Notes: a model not told the origin generated them from the sequence alone. A stretch of 64,000 nucleotides of DNA from Nemertoderma westbladi (GCA_032718475.1 JAUCBJ010009041.1:84124-148123); one strand, 5' to 3'; counted from the stretch's first letter, positions 1 to 11,275 are shown. Translations and numbers: made by a program.

Positions 1-37
1 GGGAATACCGGGGAAACTTCACATGCTGACATGGGCA

Positions 38-263
38 GAAACTCCAGTACTCATTTAGCTACACCATTTATAGCCACCGGTGGTGTTATAACCGGATTGA
101 ATTGAATTGAATTGAATTAAGGATGCAAGACAGCTATGTCTCGCTAAACCCTTCAAAGCATTCGTGCCGAAACGAAAACTACATTGGCCACCATGGCAGT
201 GTTGAACCCACAACCTCCGAGAGACTGAGAGATGTGTATTAAATATAACCACTACACCAAGGT
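38..263 (-). mobile_element. tRNA-derived SINE, degraded copy (same family as 43990-44272)
   Basis: Shares ctccagtactcatttagctac, ttaaggatgcaag, aaagcattcgtgccgaaa, gaacccac and aaccactacaccaag with 44107-44268. The minus strand has A-box TGGTGTAGTGG and B-box-like GGTTCAAC. Confidence 0.7.
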
Positions 264-290
264 GGGCTCTGAACCAAGGTGGACAAAGTG

Positions 291-413
291 TCAGATGCCG
301 TCAGATCAGATCAGCAGATAAGGACAGACGTTATTAGCCATCCTAATTACGGATTATGCTCTGATGCGAGGTAGAATAAAACGTCTGTCCTTATCTGATC
401 TGACGGCATCTGA
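291..413. repeat. Short inverted-repeat element (MITE-like, ~35-bp arms)
   Basis: tcagatgccgtcagatcaga(tcagcaga)taaggacagacgtt is the reverse complement of aacgtctgtccttatctgatctgacggcatctga. Confidence 0.75.
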
Positions 414-1387
414 TCCTATAACCAATCAGGAGAAAGAGATATAGTTAAATAGCCAATAGGGGATCAGGTTGCCATGTTACGTATCAGTATAATCATATGA
501 CATACTGTAGCAGTGCAGTAGGCATTCAGGCATACTGGTATGCAGCCAAGGCAGCAAAGGCATGTTAAAAATGCGATATAGGATGAAGGATGGCGGGTAT
601 GAAAGTTCTATGATTGCCCCAGCAAAGATGGATAGTTTCAGATGTAAACAACTTTCGCAGATTTAGTTGGTGTTGAAACATTAATAATTTATTAAAAACA
701 ATGCAGCCTTTCTGCCTTTGCTGCAATATTTTAGTAATCTTTCTTGTTAATAGATAATTATTGCTACCATGGGAACGCTGCTAAATGAAAACTGACATGT
801 TTTAGAAAAATAGCTACCATTCTAGAACAATACCATTATTTTAAAAACATATTGCTACATTTTATTGAATATTAGTTTTGGGAAATTTTGGTATACTGGG
901 AGCTAAACCTGTTTTGTTATAACGGTGATATATGGTTCCAAAGATATACCCATATTTGAAATATTTTTATTTTTCATCAATTTAATCTCATTCCACTCTG
1001 TTTCAAAATAATGACTTTATAACAAATATTTATGCCAATAAAAAACAACAATCAAGATGTGACTACAAATCACTTTAAAATGACAAGTGACATCTAAATG
1101 GCATTTCAGACAACACTTCTTCACAGGTTACCATGACTACCACTACAGATGCAATTGAAGATGACTCAGATATGACACAAACGAATGACTTGACACCTCC
1201 CACAAAAGAGAGGTTAGTTCTTTTAGTATATTCACTTTAATTTATATATTTATCATAATTGTTCTTAGATGATTTCTGCAAAGATGATTCCTTCGATAAT
1301 GACATTTTTGAATACTAAATCCTATTTATTTAATCCTACTTGGGCCGGGGGCATATTCCCAAACCTTACACTAGTAGGAAAAAATCA

Positions 1388-1557
1388 TGTAAGGAATGGA
1401 GATAGGGGTCGAACTAGTGTAAGAGTTTTATACTCAGTTTGCAGGTAGAAAGTATTCCAAACGCTGTAAGGAATGGAGAGAGGGGTCGAACTAGTATAAC
1501 GGTTTTTATATTCAGTTGATAGGTAGAAAGTGTTACAAACGCTGTAAGGAATGGAGA
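1388..1557. repeat. ~78-bp tandem repeat, about 2.2 copies
   Basis: tgtaaggaatggaga recurs at about 1388, 1465 and 1543; ggggtcgaactagt and aggtagaaagt occur in both full units. Confidence 0.75.
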
Positions 1558-1689
1558 AATTGGGTGAAAAATCATGCAAGGGTTATTATACCAACAGTAT
1601 TAGAAGAATAGACTTAGACTAACATGTGATATTATTCCAGGCAGTAGAACATTGGATTATGGTTTATACAGGGCTGCATGAGCTGCCCC

Positions 1690-1940
1690 CCACACATAAG
1701 GACAACACTGCGCACAATATTGTGCTTTGGCAGCCCCATAGAGAAAATAAGCATGATGGACAGCCCATGACTTTCTTAAGACGCCTCCTAAAGGACACTG
1801 GCCTTGAAGATGCAGCTAATCTCGCGAAAGTCATGGGGGGTAGGGAATTGTGGCGGTGCAACTTTGTTGATAACCGGCATAGCATTCTTAATGTACGCTG
1901 CATTTGGCTTGCCAATTGTGGATTGCATCATGACCTACTA
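1690..1940 (+). mobile_element. RTE-clade LINE 3' end fragment
   Basis: Translation [29 protein letters not shown]...MGGRELWR matches the RTE ORF C-terminus pattern (LWxP..GRP.T...LKxDTGL...M.DR..WR). Related DNA lies at 36050-36220, 36420-36555 (inverted) and 47352-47520. Confidence 0.65.
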
Positions 1941-2876
1941 TAACAGGTTATAACTGTTATAGTAGGTCATGATTGCATCCAACAGTTATCCAACGGTTAT
2001 CCAACAGAGCAAGCGCCATTTTCATGGCCATGTTAGTTTTCGTGCTGTGCTCCCTTTCGCGCACCCATCTCCAGTACTTTTGTACTAAGATTTTCAATAG
2101 TTTTCATAATTCACTACAATTAATTTATTTGCGATATATAGCGGTTTTTTGGATGCTGAATGCGATTATAGAACTGCAATATGTATAAAAATATATTCGT
2201 GAAATTTTTTCGTAATTTTTAAAGTGTCATCTGGGGTACAAATAAAACAAGTACTGCAAATATGTTAGTCAAAAATCACGTCAAGAGCTTCAGTTCATTC
2301 AAATTTTGCCTCCTTCCTGTTGGTACATGACTTGAATTTGCACAACTCAATGCAATGATGTTGATGTTTGTTTTGTAGGCAGATACAGAGTGAGTACAAA
2401 ACAAAGACTCAACACCCAATTATAAAGAAAAATTCTGGAAACCCAGGAGGAGTTGAGTGAAACTACAGTATATATCGTAGCTTAAGTGTCATAAGAGACG
2501 AGGCCCTAAGTAGATTTTTGTTGGATTTTACTTTTTTATACAATTCCACACTTTAACACATATGCTCTATCAGCTGGTGAAGTTTTGAAAATTGTCTAAT
2601 GTTTATTCTAACTGATAGACGTACTTTAGATACATTGGACAACAATAAATAATATATTTTTTTTACCAGAATATCGTTTTATGATATTGAAATGAAGATG
2701 TATGATATACTATATGACGACATACGATGACATACGATGACATGAGTAGTAGAAGAAACATAGTTCTGAACGAACTCCTCCCTAGCTTGGGCTACGGCTC
2801 GCATCTCGGAGGCAATTAAAAAATGCCAAATTTCTGCGCTAAATCGAGGTGTTTAATGACCATCTGTCACCATCAA

Positions 2877-3045
2877 TATTGATTCGCGTCGTTGCCTTCA
2901 ACCCATCGTTGCTTATCACCTACGCGTAGCCTAACCTCGCGATGCCTGCCTTACTCGACAACTGTTACCACCCGTGAGTATTGATTCGCGTCGTTGCATC
3001 AACCAACCATCGCATATTCATCTTCGCGTAACCTAACTTCTCAAC
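2877..3045. repeat. ~100-bp direct repeat pair, possible subterminal repeats of the element
   Basis: tattgattcgcgtcgttgc...caacc..atcg...cgcgta.cctaac occurs at about 2878 and 2979. Confidence 0.6.
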
Positions 3046-3477
3046 GCATGGCTAGCCCCCACTACGCTATTATATTATATCGAATCGATTGCCAACTCAC
3101 CACCACCGCTACTCCTCGACGGCTGTCGCCAAACCAATCCAGTCCAACGCTATTATGATACGTGTTGAAATTCCGCCACGTTCCACCTACACGTATACGA
3201 ACATTTCCATAGTAGTTACTCAAGCTAACCGATCCCGTAGCATCTGTGCCATATTGAAAGGCTTCCACAGCTAACATTATACTGTACGTTTTTTATTATA
3301 ATAATTATTGATTATTACACACACAACCCTATGATTCATATTCTTTCACGTATTTCCTATCCACGCAATCAACCAGCCAGCTATTCATCCACGTTGCTCC
3401 CCATCTCTTTTCTTATTCGTTGATGATTATGACACGTACCATCTCTTCTTCGTTGACTATGCCACATCGCAAATTTT

Positions 3478-3517
3478 TATATATATAAGTGAATGTTTTT
3501 AATAAAATTCATCACTT
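3478..3517 (+). promoter_or_regulatory. TATA box plus Inr-like element upstream of the PC4-like ORF
   Basis: TATATAAG at 3482 and TCACTT at 3512, 30 nt apart. Confidence 0.4.
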
Positions 3518-3532
3518 GTAATCTTCTTCATG

Positions 3533-3832
3533 GTAATATATTGATACCATATCTAATTTTTTTGTTCTCACTCTGACATTGTGTTTTTTTCCTTAATAAT
3601 TTATACATTATCTTACTCGTTGTATATTCGTTGGTCGGAAAACGACACCTCATAAAATGATACTGATTCCAGCATTGGGTATCGCCTCAAAAACGAAAAT
3701 CTGAGCTACGTGTCTCGCTCAATCTTTGTTTTTGAGTCGATACCTAATGTCGAACTCAGCATCATTTTTCTAAGGCGTCGTCTTCCGACCAAACACAATT
3801 TTAGAGTGAGAACTATGGTGTCAATTTATTAC
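3533..3832. repeat. Long imperfect palindrome (hairpin MITE-like)
   Basis: 3631-3706 is about 80% identical to the reverse complement of 3717-3792, with a 10-nt loop tacgtgtctc. Outer arms gtaatatattgataccata..gttctcactctgacattgtgt pair with acacaattttagagtgagaactatggtgtcaatttattac. Confidence 0.8.
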
Positions 3833-3892
3833 AGCGATACGGTTTAAAATTTATCACTTGTAATATTTTTCGTATTTATTATTATTATTATT

Positions 3893-4960
3893 ATGGCCTT
3901 AACGCAAAAAACCGGAGCAACAAATAGCTGGAAATTTACTTACAATAAATATACTTGTACCGTCGTTCACAGCAAGTATTTTATTGTGGAATCTCAGGAG
4001 GACAACGAATCAATTTGTTTTTCCCATCAAGATACCCGCTATTTGTTAGACATTCTAGAAACAACCAACAACAACAACCAACATCAATCCAGACCAGCAA
4101 TTATACCAGGTAGGATATATCCCACTCCTCGTTTTGCGCGGGGAAATTTGAATATTTCCATCAACCCCACATCGGGTGATGTTTACGTTCAGAAACAAGG
4201 CAAATGTAAAGTTCTCAACAAAGCTTTTACTGAAGTTCTAATTCAATACAGAGGGAAATTATTGCAATTTCTCTCTCCACCGCTAGAGATTATTAGCGAT
4301 CAATTCTACATTGAATTATCAAATCCAGAGTTTATTGGATTTGTAACAGCTTTTAAAGGAACCAACTATGTTGGCTTATGGAAAATCAGCCTCAGATACA
4401 CTGATAGTGTTGGTTTTAACTATTGTACGGGTTTCAATTTGTCAAAACAGGAACTAACTGTTTTGCTGCGAGAGTGGGACAACCAAGTCGCTGAAACAGA
4501 CAAGCATCTTTTTGATAAAAATATCATTCAATTATCAGACCGTCTCAAAATGATTAAAACCAATAATAAAAAAATTATTATCACCAACACCGATAATTCT
4601 ACGGAAGTAGGCGCCGGCGGAAATTCTATCGAGTTGCATTACTTGAATGATAAAGCCCATATTAGTTTTCTCAAAGAATCGCTGGATGGCGTTTCTCTTA
4701 CTGAAGCCCACGTTGACGGCTTTGTCCTTTTGGATAAACCTAAAGCGTTCGTAGAGATCCCATCACCTAATCCGGATGTTGAAGAGAGCTGCTCTCAACC
4801 GCAACAGGTCTTTCCCGAAATATTACCTCGGAAGCCAAGATCATCGAGTAAATTTACCAACACATCACCTGCAAAGAAACAGAAAGTTGTCAGTAACCCA
4901 GTTCTAGTAGAGCCTGTTACTAATTCTCCATGGAAACCAGATTATTATCCTAACATGTAA
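3893..4960 (+). CDS. Element ORF with a PC4/p15-like ssDNA-binding domain and a disordered, NLS-like C-terminus, 355 aa
   Basis: FVTAFKGTNYVGLWK...GFNLSKQELTVLL resembles PC4 (V..FKG..Y.DIR...GISL..EQW..L). PAKKQK lies near the C-terminus. Long intact ORF next to pPolB. Confidence 0.6.
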   Translation: MALTQKTGATNSWKFTYNKYTCTVVHSKYFIVESQEDNESICFSHQDTRYLLDILETTNNNNQHQSRPAIIPGRIYPTPRFARGNLNISINPTSGDVYVQKQGKCKVLNKAFTEVLIQYRGKLLQFLSPPLEIISDQFYIELSNPEFIGFVTAFKGTNYVGLWKISLRYTDSVGFNYCTGFNLSKQELTVLLREWDNQVAETDKHLFDKNIIQLSDRLKMIKTNNKKIIITNTDNSTEVGAGGNSIELHYLNDKAHISFLKESLDGVSLTEAHVDGFVLLDKPKAFVEIPSPNPDVEESCSQPQQVFPEILPRKPRSSSKFTNTSPAKKQKVVSNPVLVEPVTNSPWKPDYYPNM

Positions 4961-5044
4961 GCCTAATCATAAGTTAAACTCTTTGCGGTTTCCAATAGTC
5001 ATAAGCGATTGGTGATTGGTTTAAAATTATTTCCCTTGCTAGCA

Positions 5045-5080
5045 TATAAATGTTTAGATGTAGTCAATATCATATCATTT
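5045..5080 (+). promoter_or_regulatory. TATA box plus Inr-like element upstream of pPolB
   Basis: TATAAA at 5045 and TCATTT at 5075 (30 nt), preceded by CCAAT/ATTGG boxes at about 4992-5019. Confidence 0.45.
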
Positions 5081-5143
5081 CATTTTATTTTAATTTTTGG
5101 AGATATTTTATTATTATTATTATTTATCTAAACAAACTTCAAC

Positions 5144-8100
5144 ATGGATAAAATAACAATATGTTGTTCATTCTGTCATATGAATGTAACTAGACATAAT
5201 TATTTACGCCACCTACGGTCACATTTTGAAGGTTATTCTTGTTTAAAGTGTCATGTCGTGACTTCATGCAGCGAAATTTGTAAACGACATGAAACGACTA
5301 CTGGTTGTAAAGAAATGCAGTTCCGTACCTATCAATTAACTTGTTCTACCTGTAATAAAGAGTATACATATGACGATTATCTACGACACGACTGTCACTT
5401 GAAATGTTACTACACAAGAAAGCGTAAATTTTCGCAACATAAAAATATAATATCCAGAAAAAACTTAAGGGTGGCTCTTGGCACATGCGCAACAATTTTT
5501 ACGAGGGAACAAGAAGCTCACGATAATCGTCTTGAAATTTATGTCCACGACCTCCCAACTTCTAGAGATTATCCCGATGTAGAAACAGCAGTAACACAAA
5601 TTCGAGGTAATATTCTTCAGTTAATATTAGACAGATTGAAAGAAATGAATGTTCTTAGACTGTGGTTAGGTCTAAATGTATTAATGTACAGATCACATTT
5701 TTCACAAGGTGAGCAATTGGAAACCTTTTATTTTAATTCTTCTGGTGGTGCTATTAATACTGTAGATTTGCCGCAAAGTTTTGACACATGGTTTGAGTAT
5801 GTTCTGGAAAATATATTACAAAAAATAGCTATCTTTAACACACGTGGTTCGGGGTGGCGTATTAAATCTTTATTAAGGGTTGAAATTAAATTAGCTGAAT
5901 CTAAGTGTAGGTCGTTACTATATAAGGGGCATGGGTATATGGAATTACCTAAAGCTCTATCAGGTAAACGATGTGTTATAAATGTACAATCGGCTGATAA
6001 TAACTGTTTTAAATGGGCAATTATATCCGCAAAATTTAGTAGCAAAGTGAAAGATCACAAATATCGTACTTCATCGTACAAAAATTATATGAGTCATTTC
6101 ATTTTTGACAATGGGAAAAAAGATTATCCAACGCAGTGGCAGTTAGCTATTAAACTTTTTGAAAAACAAAATTCAAAATATATAATTAATTTATTATGTT
6201 GGAATAACGACAACAAACGCACCCCCGTATCTATATTAAGACAACCTCCGTTTAGTAAAATTACACCTGATAAACAGTTATTAAATATATTACTTGTAGT
6301 AAAAAATAACAATGTACCTAAACAGAATCATTATGTTTGCATAACTAACTTGAATCGATTGCTGAATACGAAAGCTCTTCATATCCAAAATAGGAAATAT
6401 TGCGAAAGGGGTTTGGCTCATTTTTTTCGAGCGGAAGTTCTTCATCAACACCGTCTTGCGTGCTACCAAGGAAGAAGACAGCGTGAGAAACTACCTAATA
6501 AAAAAAGAACACACATTAGTTTTACAAATTTAGATAGAACCTTATCCCCATTGTTTGTCACCTACTTTGATATAGAATGTATCTTACAACCGTCAGTTAA
6601 TAATCAAATTATACAGGAGCATATACCGTGTGCTGTGAGTTATTTAATTGTTCCCAATACTGAATTAATTGATGCTCCAAAATGTCATTTGAAAACATTT
6701 GTAAAGACAAATAATAATAATTGTATTCAAGATTTCTTAGATTCATTATATACTGATATAACTGAATTATGTTGTTGGACAGACATATACACTCATAAAA
6801 CCATGTCATTTACTAATATTGATTTTGTAAATTTTGAACAAGCAAAATTTTGTTTTTATTGTAATGTTACTTTAAATAATAATGTTGGGAAAAACAGACA
6901 CCATTCACATATTACAGGTAAATATATTGCGGCAACCTGTAATAGTTGTAACCGAAGTTTATAATTGAAGCGATACCTGTATGTACTTTGCGGACACAAT
7001 TCCAACAACTATGATATACATTGTATATTACAAAGCGGATTTAGAGATAAGAAATACACTGATTGGGATATAAAGGTTATACCGAGAAATACAGAACGAT
7101 ATATTTCACTGAGTGCCTTTATCCCAATTAAAAACACTTCTAAGAAAATTGAGTTACGTTTCTTAGACACATATCAATTTTTCAGCTTTTCTTTAAGTAA
7201 TTTAGTTGAGTGTTCAACAAAGGATGTAGCCAGTCATGATATAAGCTCAATTTTACCTATTACTCTACAAGAAATGAAATATTTTTATCCAAACTTGAAT
7301 AACTCAACGATTAAACGGAAAGGAGTATTTCCATACGAGTACTTGACAGATATAAATAAATTTAATGATACTGGTTTGCCGTCTATAAATAATTTTTTTA
7401 GTAACTTAAGTCAAAAAACATGCACAATTGAAGATTATAGGTTTGCGGGAATATCATGGGTAGAATTCGACTGTGTGAATCTCAAAGATTATCTTTTAGC
7501 CTATTTAAAACTCGATGTTTGTTTGCTTGCCGATATATTTGAGAATTTTAGGAATGTTTGTAAACAAAATTACGATTTAGAAGCGGTTTTTTACTGCAGT
7601 ATCGCGTCATTTACCTATGATTGCGCACTAAAATATAATAAATGTAAAATAGAATTAATAAAGGATTATCAGACATATAGAGATTTTGAAAAATCAATTA
7701 GGGGTGGTGTTTCATTTTGTCGAAAACATTATATAGAATCAAATATACCAGGTACAAGTACATATGATTCTACTAAGGAAGAATGCCATATTTTTAATAT
7801 TGATTTTAACTCTTTATATTCTGGGAATTTAAGTAAAAAACTACCCACCTCACAATTCAAAGAAGTAAGTATTAAACATTTAGAGAATGCAATACCAGAA
7901 AAACTAATCGAGTACTTGGTAGATTTAGACATTGAGGGATCTACTGGATATTTTTTAATATGTGATTTAAATTATCCCAAGGCTATTCACGATCAAACAT
8001 TACAATTACCGTTAGCCCCCGAGCATTTAAGTATAAATGAATCAATGCTTTCACCTTATATGCGGGAACAATTTAATAACTTGTCTATACAAAGAGATAC

Positions 8101-9202
8101 CTCCCGTAAATATAGAATGTCTATACCAAAACTCATGCTGACACAATTTGATAAAGAGTTTTATCATTTACATTTGAAACTATTAAAATTTTATATAAAA
8201 CATGGATTAATTGTTACTAAACTACATAAATTATATTCTTTTCAACAAGAATTTGTATTTAAAAATTACATCGATTTTAATATTAATCAAAGGCGACTGG
8301 CAAAAAGTTATATTGAAACAGCTGTCGCGAAATTGCTCAATAATTCGCTGTTTGGCAAATCAATAGAGAGGATACGTGACCGATGTAACTTTCGTATCGC
8401 AAATAGCAACGATAAATGCGATCAATTGGTAAATCGTATTAATCATGAACAATTTATAATATACAATAATACACTATCGGGACATTTATTAGTGAAAGAC
8501 TCTGTAACTCTCGATAAGCCTATATTTATTGGTAGCGCTGTGTTGGACTTGGCTAAATTGGATATGTATGATCTGTATTACAATAAATTGCTACCTATTG
8601 AGAAAGAATTAAACTGTCGTATTGAAATTGCTGCATCAGACACTGACTCATTGATAGGTTGTTACTATAATACATCGCAGAATAATTTTTTAAAAGCATT
8701 AATTAAAAATAATATTTTAGATACATCCAATTACCCTAAGGATCACCCGCTCTACAGCGATAAAAATAAATCCAGACTCTATTACTGTAAAGACGAACTA
8801 GCCTCACGTGAAATTAAACAAGCAGTATTTTTAAGACCAAAATTATATTCAATTTTGGAATGGAATAATAAAAATATTCGTAGAGCAAAAGGTATTACAA
8901 GAGCTGTTGTGGAAACGAATATTACACATGAAGAATATTTAAAAGCATATAACTCAAATGAAGAAATAAAAAAAAACATACACAGATTTCAAGCTAAATT
9001 ACATCGTATTTATACCTTAAAGCAAAATAAATTTGCACTCAGTAGCTTTGATGATAAACTTTATTGGCTTAATAAAAATCAATCGCTTCCTTGGGGGCAC
9101 TATAAAACAAACCTCAAAAAACCTATAAAAATATCAAATATACCAATTTATGAAGAACCAAAAGACGACAGTGTTGATGATGAATTATCAAATAGTAAAT
9201 AA
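5144..9202 (+). pseudogene. Protein-primed family B DNA polymerase (Polinton-type pPolB), interrupted by one in-frame TAA at 6962-6964
   Basis: ORFs 5144-6964 and 6965-9202 abut in the same frame. Motifs in order: N-terminal Cys/His zinc fingers, TRGSGW, vOTU-like NNCFKWAI/HYVCI, ExoI YFDIE, inserted EndoVII-like CFYC..RHHSHITGKY..CN, ExoII HNSNNYD, KGVFPYEY, ExoIII YLKLDV.LLADIFENFR, Pol A DFNSLY, Pol B KLLNNSLFGK, Pol C DTDS, LRPKLY, RAKGI. Confidence 0.93.
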
Positions 9203-9731
9203 AAATATAAGTTGTAAGCAGATTATTTATGGACTTAATTTGAAAGAATTAAAAAAGCAATTGAATGGTAAAATTGTACTCAAACCTAATCAGTTTATAT
9301 ATAAGGTATTTGGTGCAACCATATTAATGTTTAGAAACGGACGAATAACAATTCTCGGTAGAAAATATAATTTTAATAAAGTGAAAAAACATATATTAGA
9401 AAAAACAAACATTAATTTGATTTTTAAATCAATCAATTTGTGTACTTATATTTTTAGTATCGATACTGTAATTTATAGGTTACTTATAAATAATATCGGG
9501 TTTTATGTTATATTTGATAATGTTAAACTAGAAATTTCATACGACCCTGAAATATTCAATAACTGTAAAGTCAGAATAAATAATATTGTTGTTGTTTGCT
9601 GTTTCTACACTGGTAAATGTACATTAATGTGTTCCCCGTTTAAATTTCATATATATTATCCTATTTTCAACAAGCTGGTTAATAATTTATTATTGTTTGG
9701 TGTGGGGGTTTTTGATGTAAAATATAATTAG
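9150..9731 (+). CDS. TATA-box-binding-protein (TBP)-like protein; probable start 9177 or 9180; overlaps the pPolB stop
   Basis: Two TBP core repeats: QIVN..LNLKEL..KPNQF...ATILMFRNGRITILG and SINL...YDPEIF...VCCFYTGKCTLM (compare YEPELF...LLIFVSGKVVLTG). About 185 aa, the size of the TBP core. Confidence 0.8.
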   Translation: MKNQKTTVLMMNYQIVNKNISCKQIIYGLNLKELKKQLNGKIVLKPNQFIYKVFGATILMFRNGRITILGRKYNFNKVKKHILEKTNINLIFKSINLCTYIFSIDTVIYRLLINNIGFYVIFDNVKLEISYDPEIFNNCKVRINNIVVVCCFYTGKCTLMCSPFKFHIYYPIFNKLVNNLLLFGVGVFDVKYN

Positions 9732-10082
9732 TACCGGTACGAGTGAAATTTATTGTTGTTGTTGTTGCTGTTTGGTGGTGGTGGAGATTTTTACTGTAAA
9801 ATATATATATTAAATTGAAGGGAGAAGAAATTTATGAATATTTTTTTAAAATCAACAACTAGTTTGAGGAGGGAAATTAACTTCAGTAGTACGATTGTTT
9901 CTTGTAACACTCAAGTAGGCATAGTATACTCAGCAGCCGCGGCTAGCTAACTTGGCATTGTTGCTCACGAGTGAGCCACAATAGCGCATCTGTTACTTAT
10001 GAGTGTGCGTGTGTACAGCAGGCAACGCTAAGCTCGGTGAGAAAAGATTAGGGGTATGTGCTGATATTCATAGTCAAAGACG

Positions 10083-10844
10083 ATGCCATCCTATCTGTTA
10101 CTAGTCTGTATACCGGTACATATCATTAAAACATCCGCTATGCATCTCCCTACATTCAGAATAGAACAACGACCAGAGCATATATCGGTAATCCGCATGG
10201 GAAAGGTTTATGTTATGCATTTTGTTAACTATGAGAATTTTGTAATGTACACATCTGCGACCCTCTACAAAAATATATATAAACTCAATTTTTCTGACAG
10301 TGAACTATAATTTTGTTAAACAAAAGAAGAAAAAAATATCAGTAGGCCTACCTATTCAATTTAAAGATACTCTTTCCGGTGCCTAGTTACTACGACAACG
10401 ATAACTTACCTCAATACGAACATGACATTCGCCTTTTTCAATAACCGTGAGTTGACGAGTTGTATCAAAATCGAATTGCAATCAAGCGACGAAACATATC
10501 TCACAGCATCCAATATTGCTGAGATGGAGTTGCGATATATAAACAAAAAATTTGAGATCGGGTTTACTTCGATGGAATATGGAGTAGGTCAAGTAGGTGG
10601 TCTACATTTATCGCCTACAACGCTTGAAATTTCAAAAGATTTCTCGCTTGTTATAAAAATACAACCATCGCGAATATCGGGAAGCTCACCCTCTTGCGAA
10701 AATTGGGAGAATGATGTTGATGACTCGCTTCACTTCAATATACCAACACAAAGACCGGTAGAAGTTAGCCAGCCTATAAACAACCATTTACAGGTACCGG
10801 CAAGGGAGGAAACTCTACAGAGTGACCCGCATATAGGACTATAA
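10083..10844 (+). pseudogene. Degraded element ORF of unknown function (two same-frame pieces, 10083-10310 and 10422-10844)
   Basis: Both ORFs are in the same frame, separated by ~110 bp containing stops. No recognisable domain. Confidence 0.4.
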
Positions 10845-11015
10845 AAGGTATAGCCTAATACAGTAATAAATTTAGGGTTGTTGTTATTGTTATTGTTAGG
10901 CCTATCAGTTATTGTTGCTTATAAAACTTAGTAGACCGAATCTATTTTATATATAATTAAAAAAAAAAAAGCGAATACATAAATAAATTAACTATGTTTT
11001 ATATAGGCCTCCGTC

Positions 11016-11275
11016 AACATAGAGTGAATGTTAGTAACAGAGAATGTGGTGGATTTTATATAGGCTTAGTTAGGTATACTGCGGGCCACACCTATTGTAT
11101 CTGCGTGGAGCCATTATATGACTGGTTGAATGATGGGGTTCCTGACTAAAAGTTAACGGTATAGCATACAACATAAAGTGAATGTTGAAAGTTAGTAACA
11201 GAGAGTGTGAGGGGATTTTATAGGTCCAATAGCGCTACCGGTACCTAACTACACCTATTGTGTCTGTGAGGTAGT
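11016..11275. repeat. ~155-bp tandem duplication containing minus-strand TATA boxes
   Basis: aacata.agtgaatgtt..agtaacagaga.tgtg...ggattttata..gg...acacctattgt.tctg.g occurs at about 11016 and 11170. Confidence 0.6.

Noticed and set aside
1127-1318. Two small exon-like segments with a short GT-AG intron
   Set aside because: The splice phases do not give a continuous frame and no domain is recognisable.
5728-8979. Short antisense ORFs inside pPolB, and similar ones inside TMEM209, ankyrin and ZNFX1 exons
   Set aside because: Shadow ORFs of real coding sequence with no motifs.
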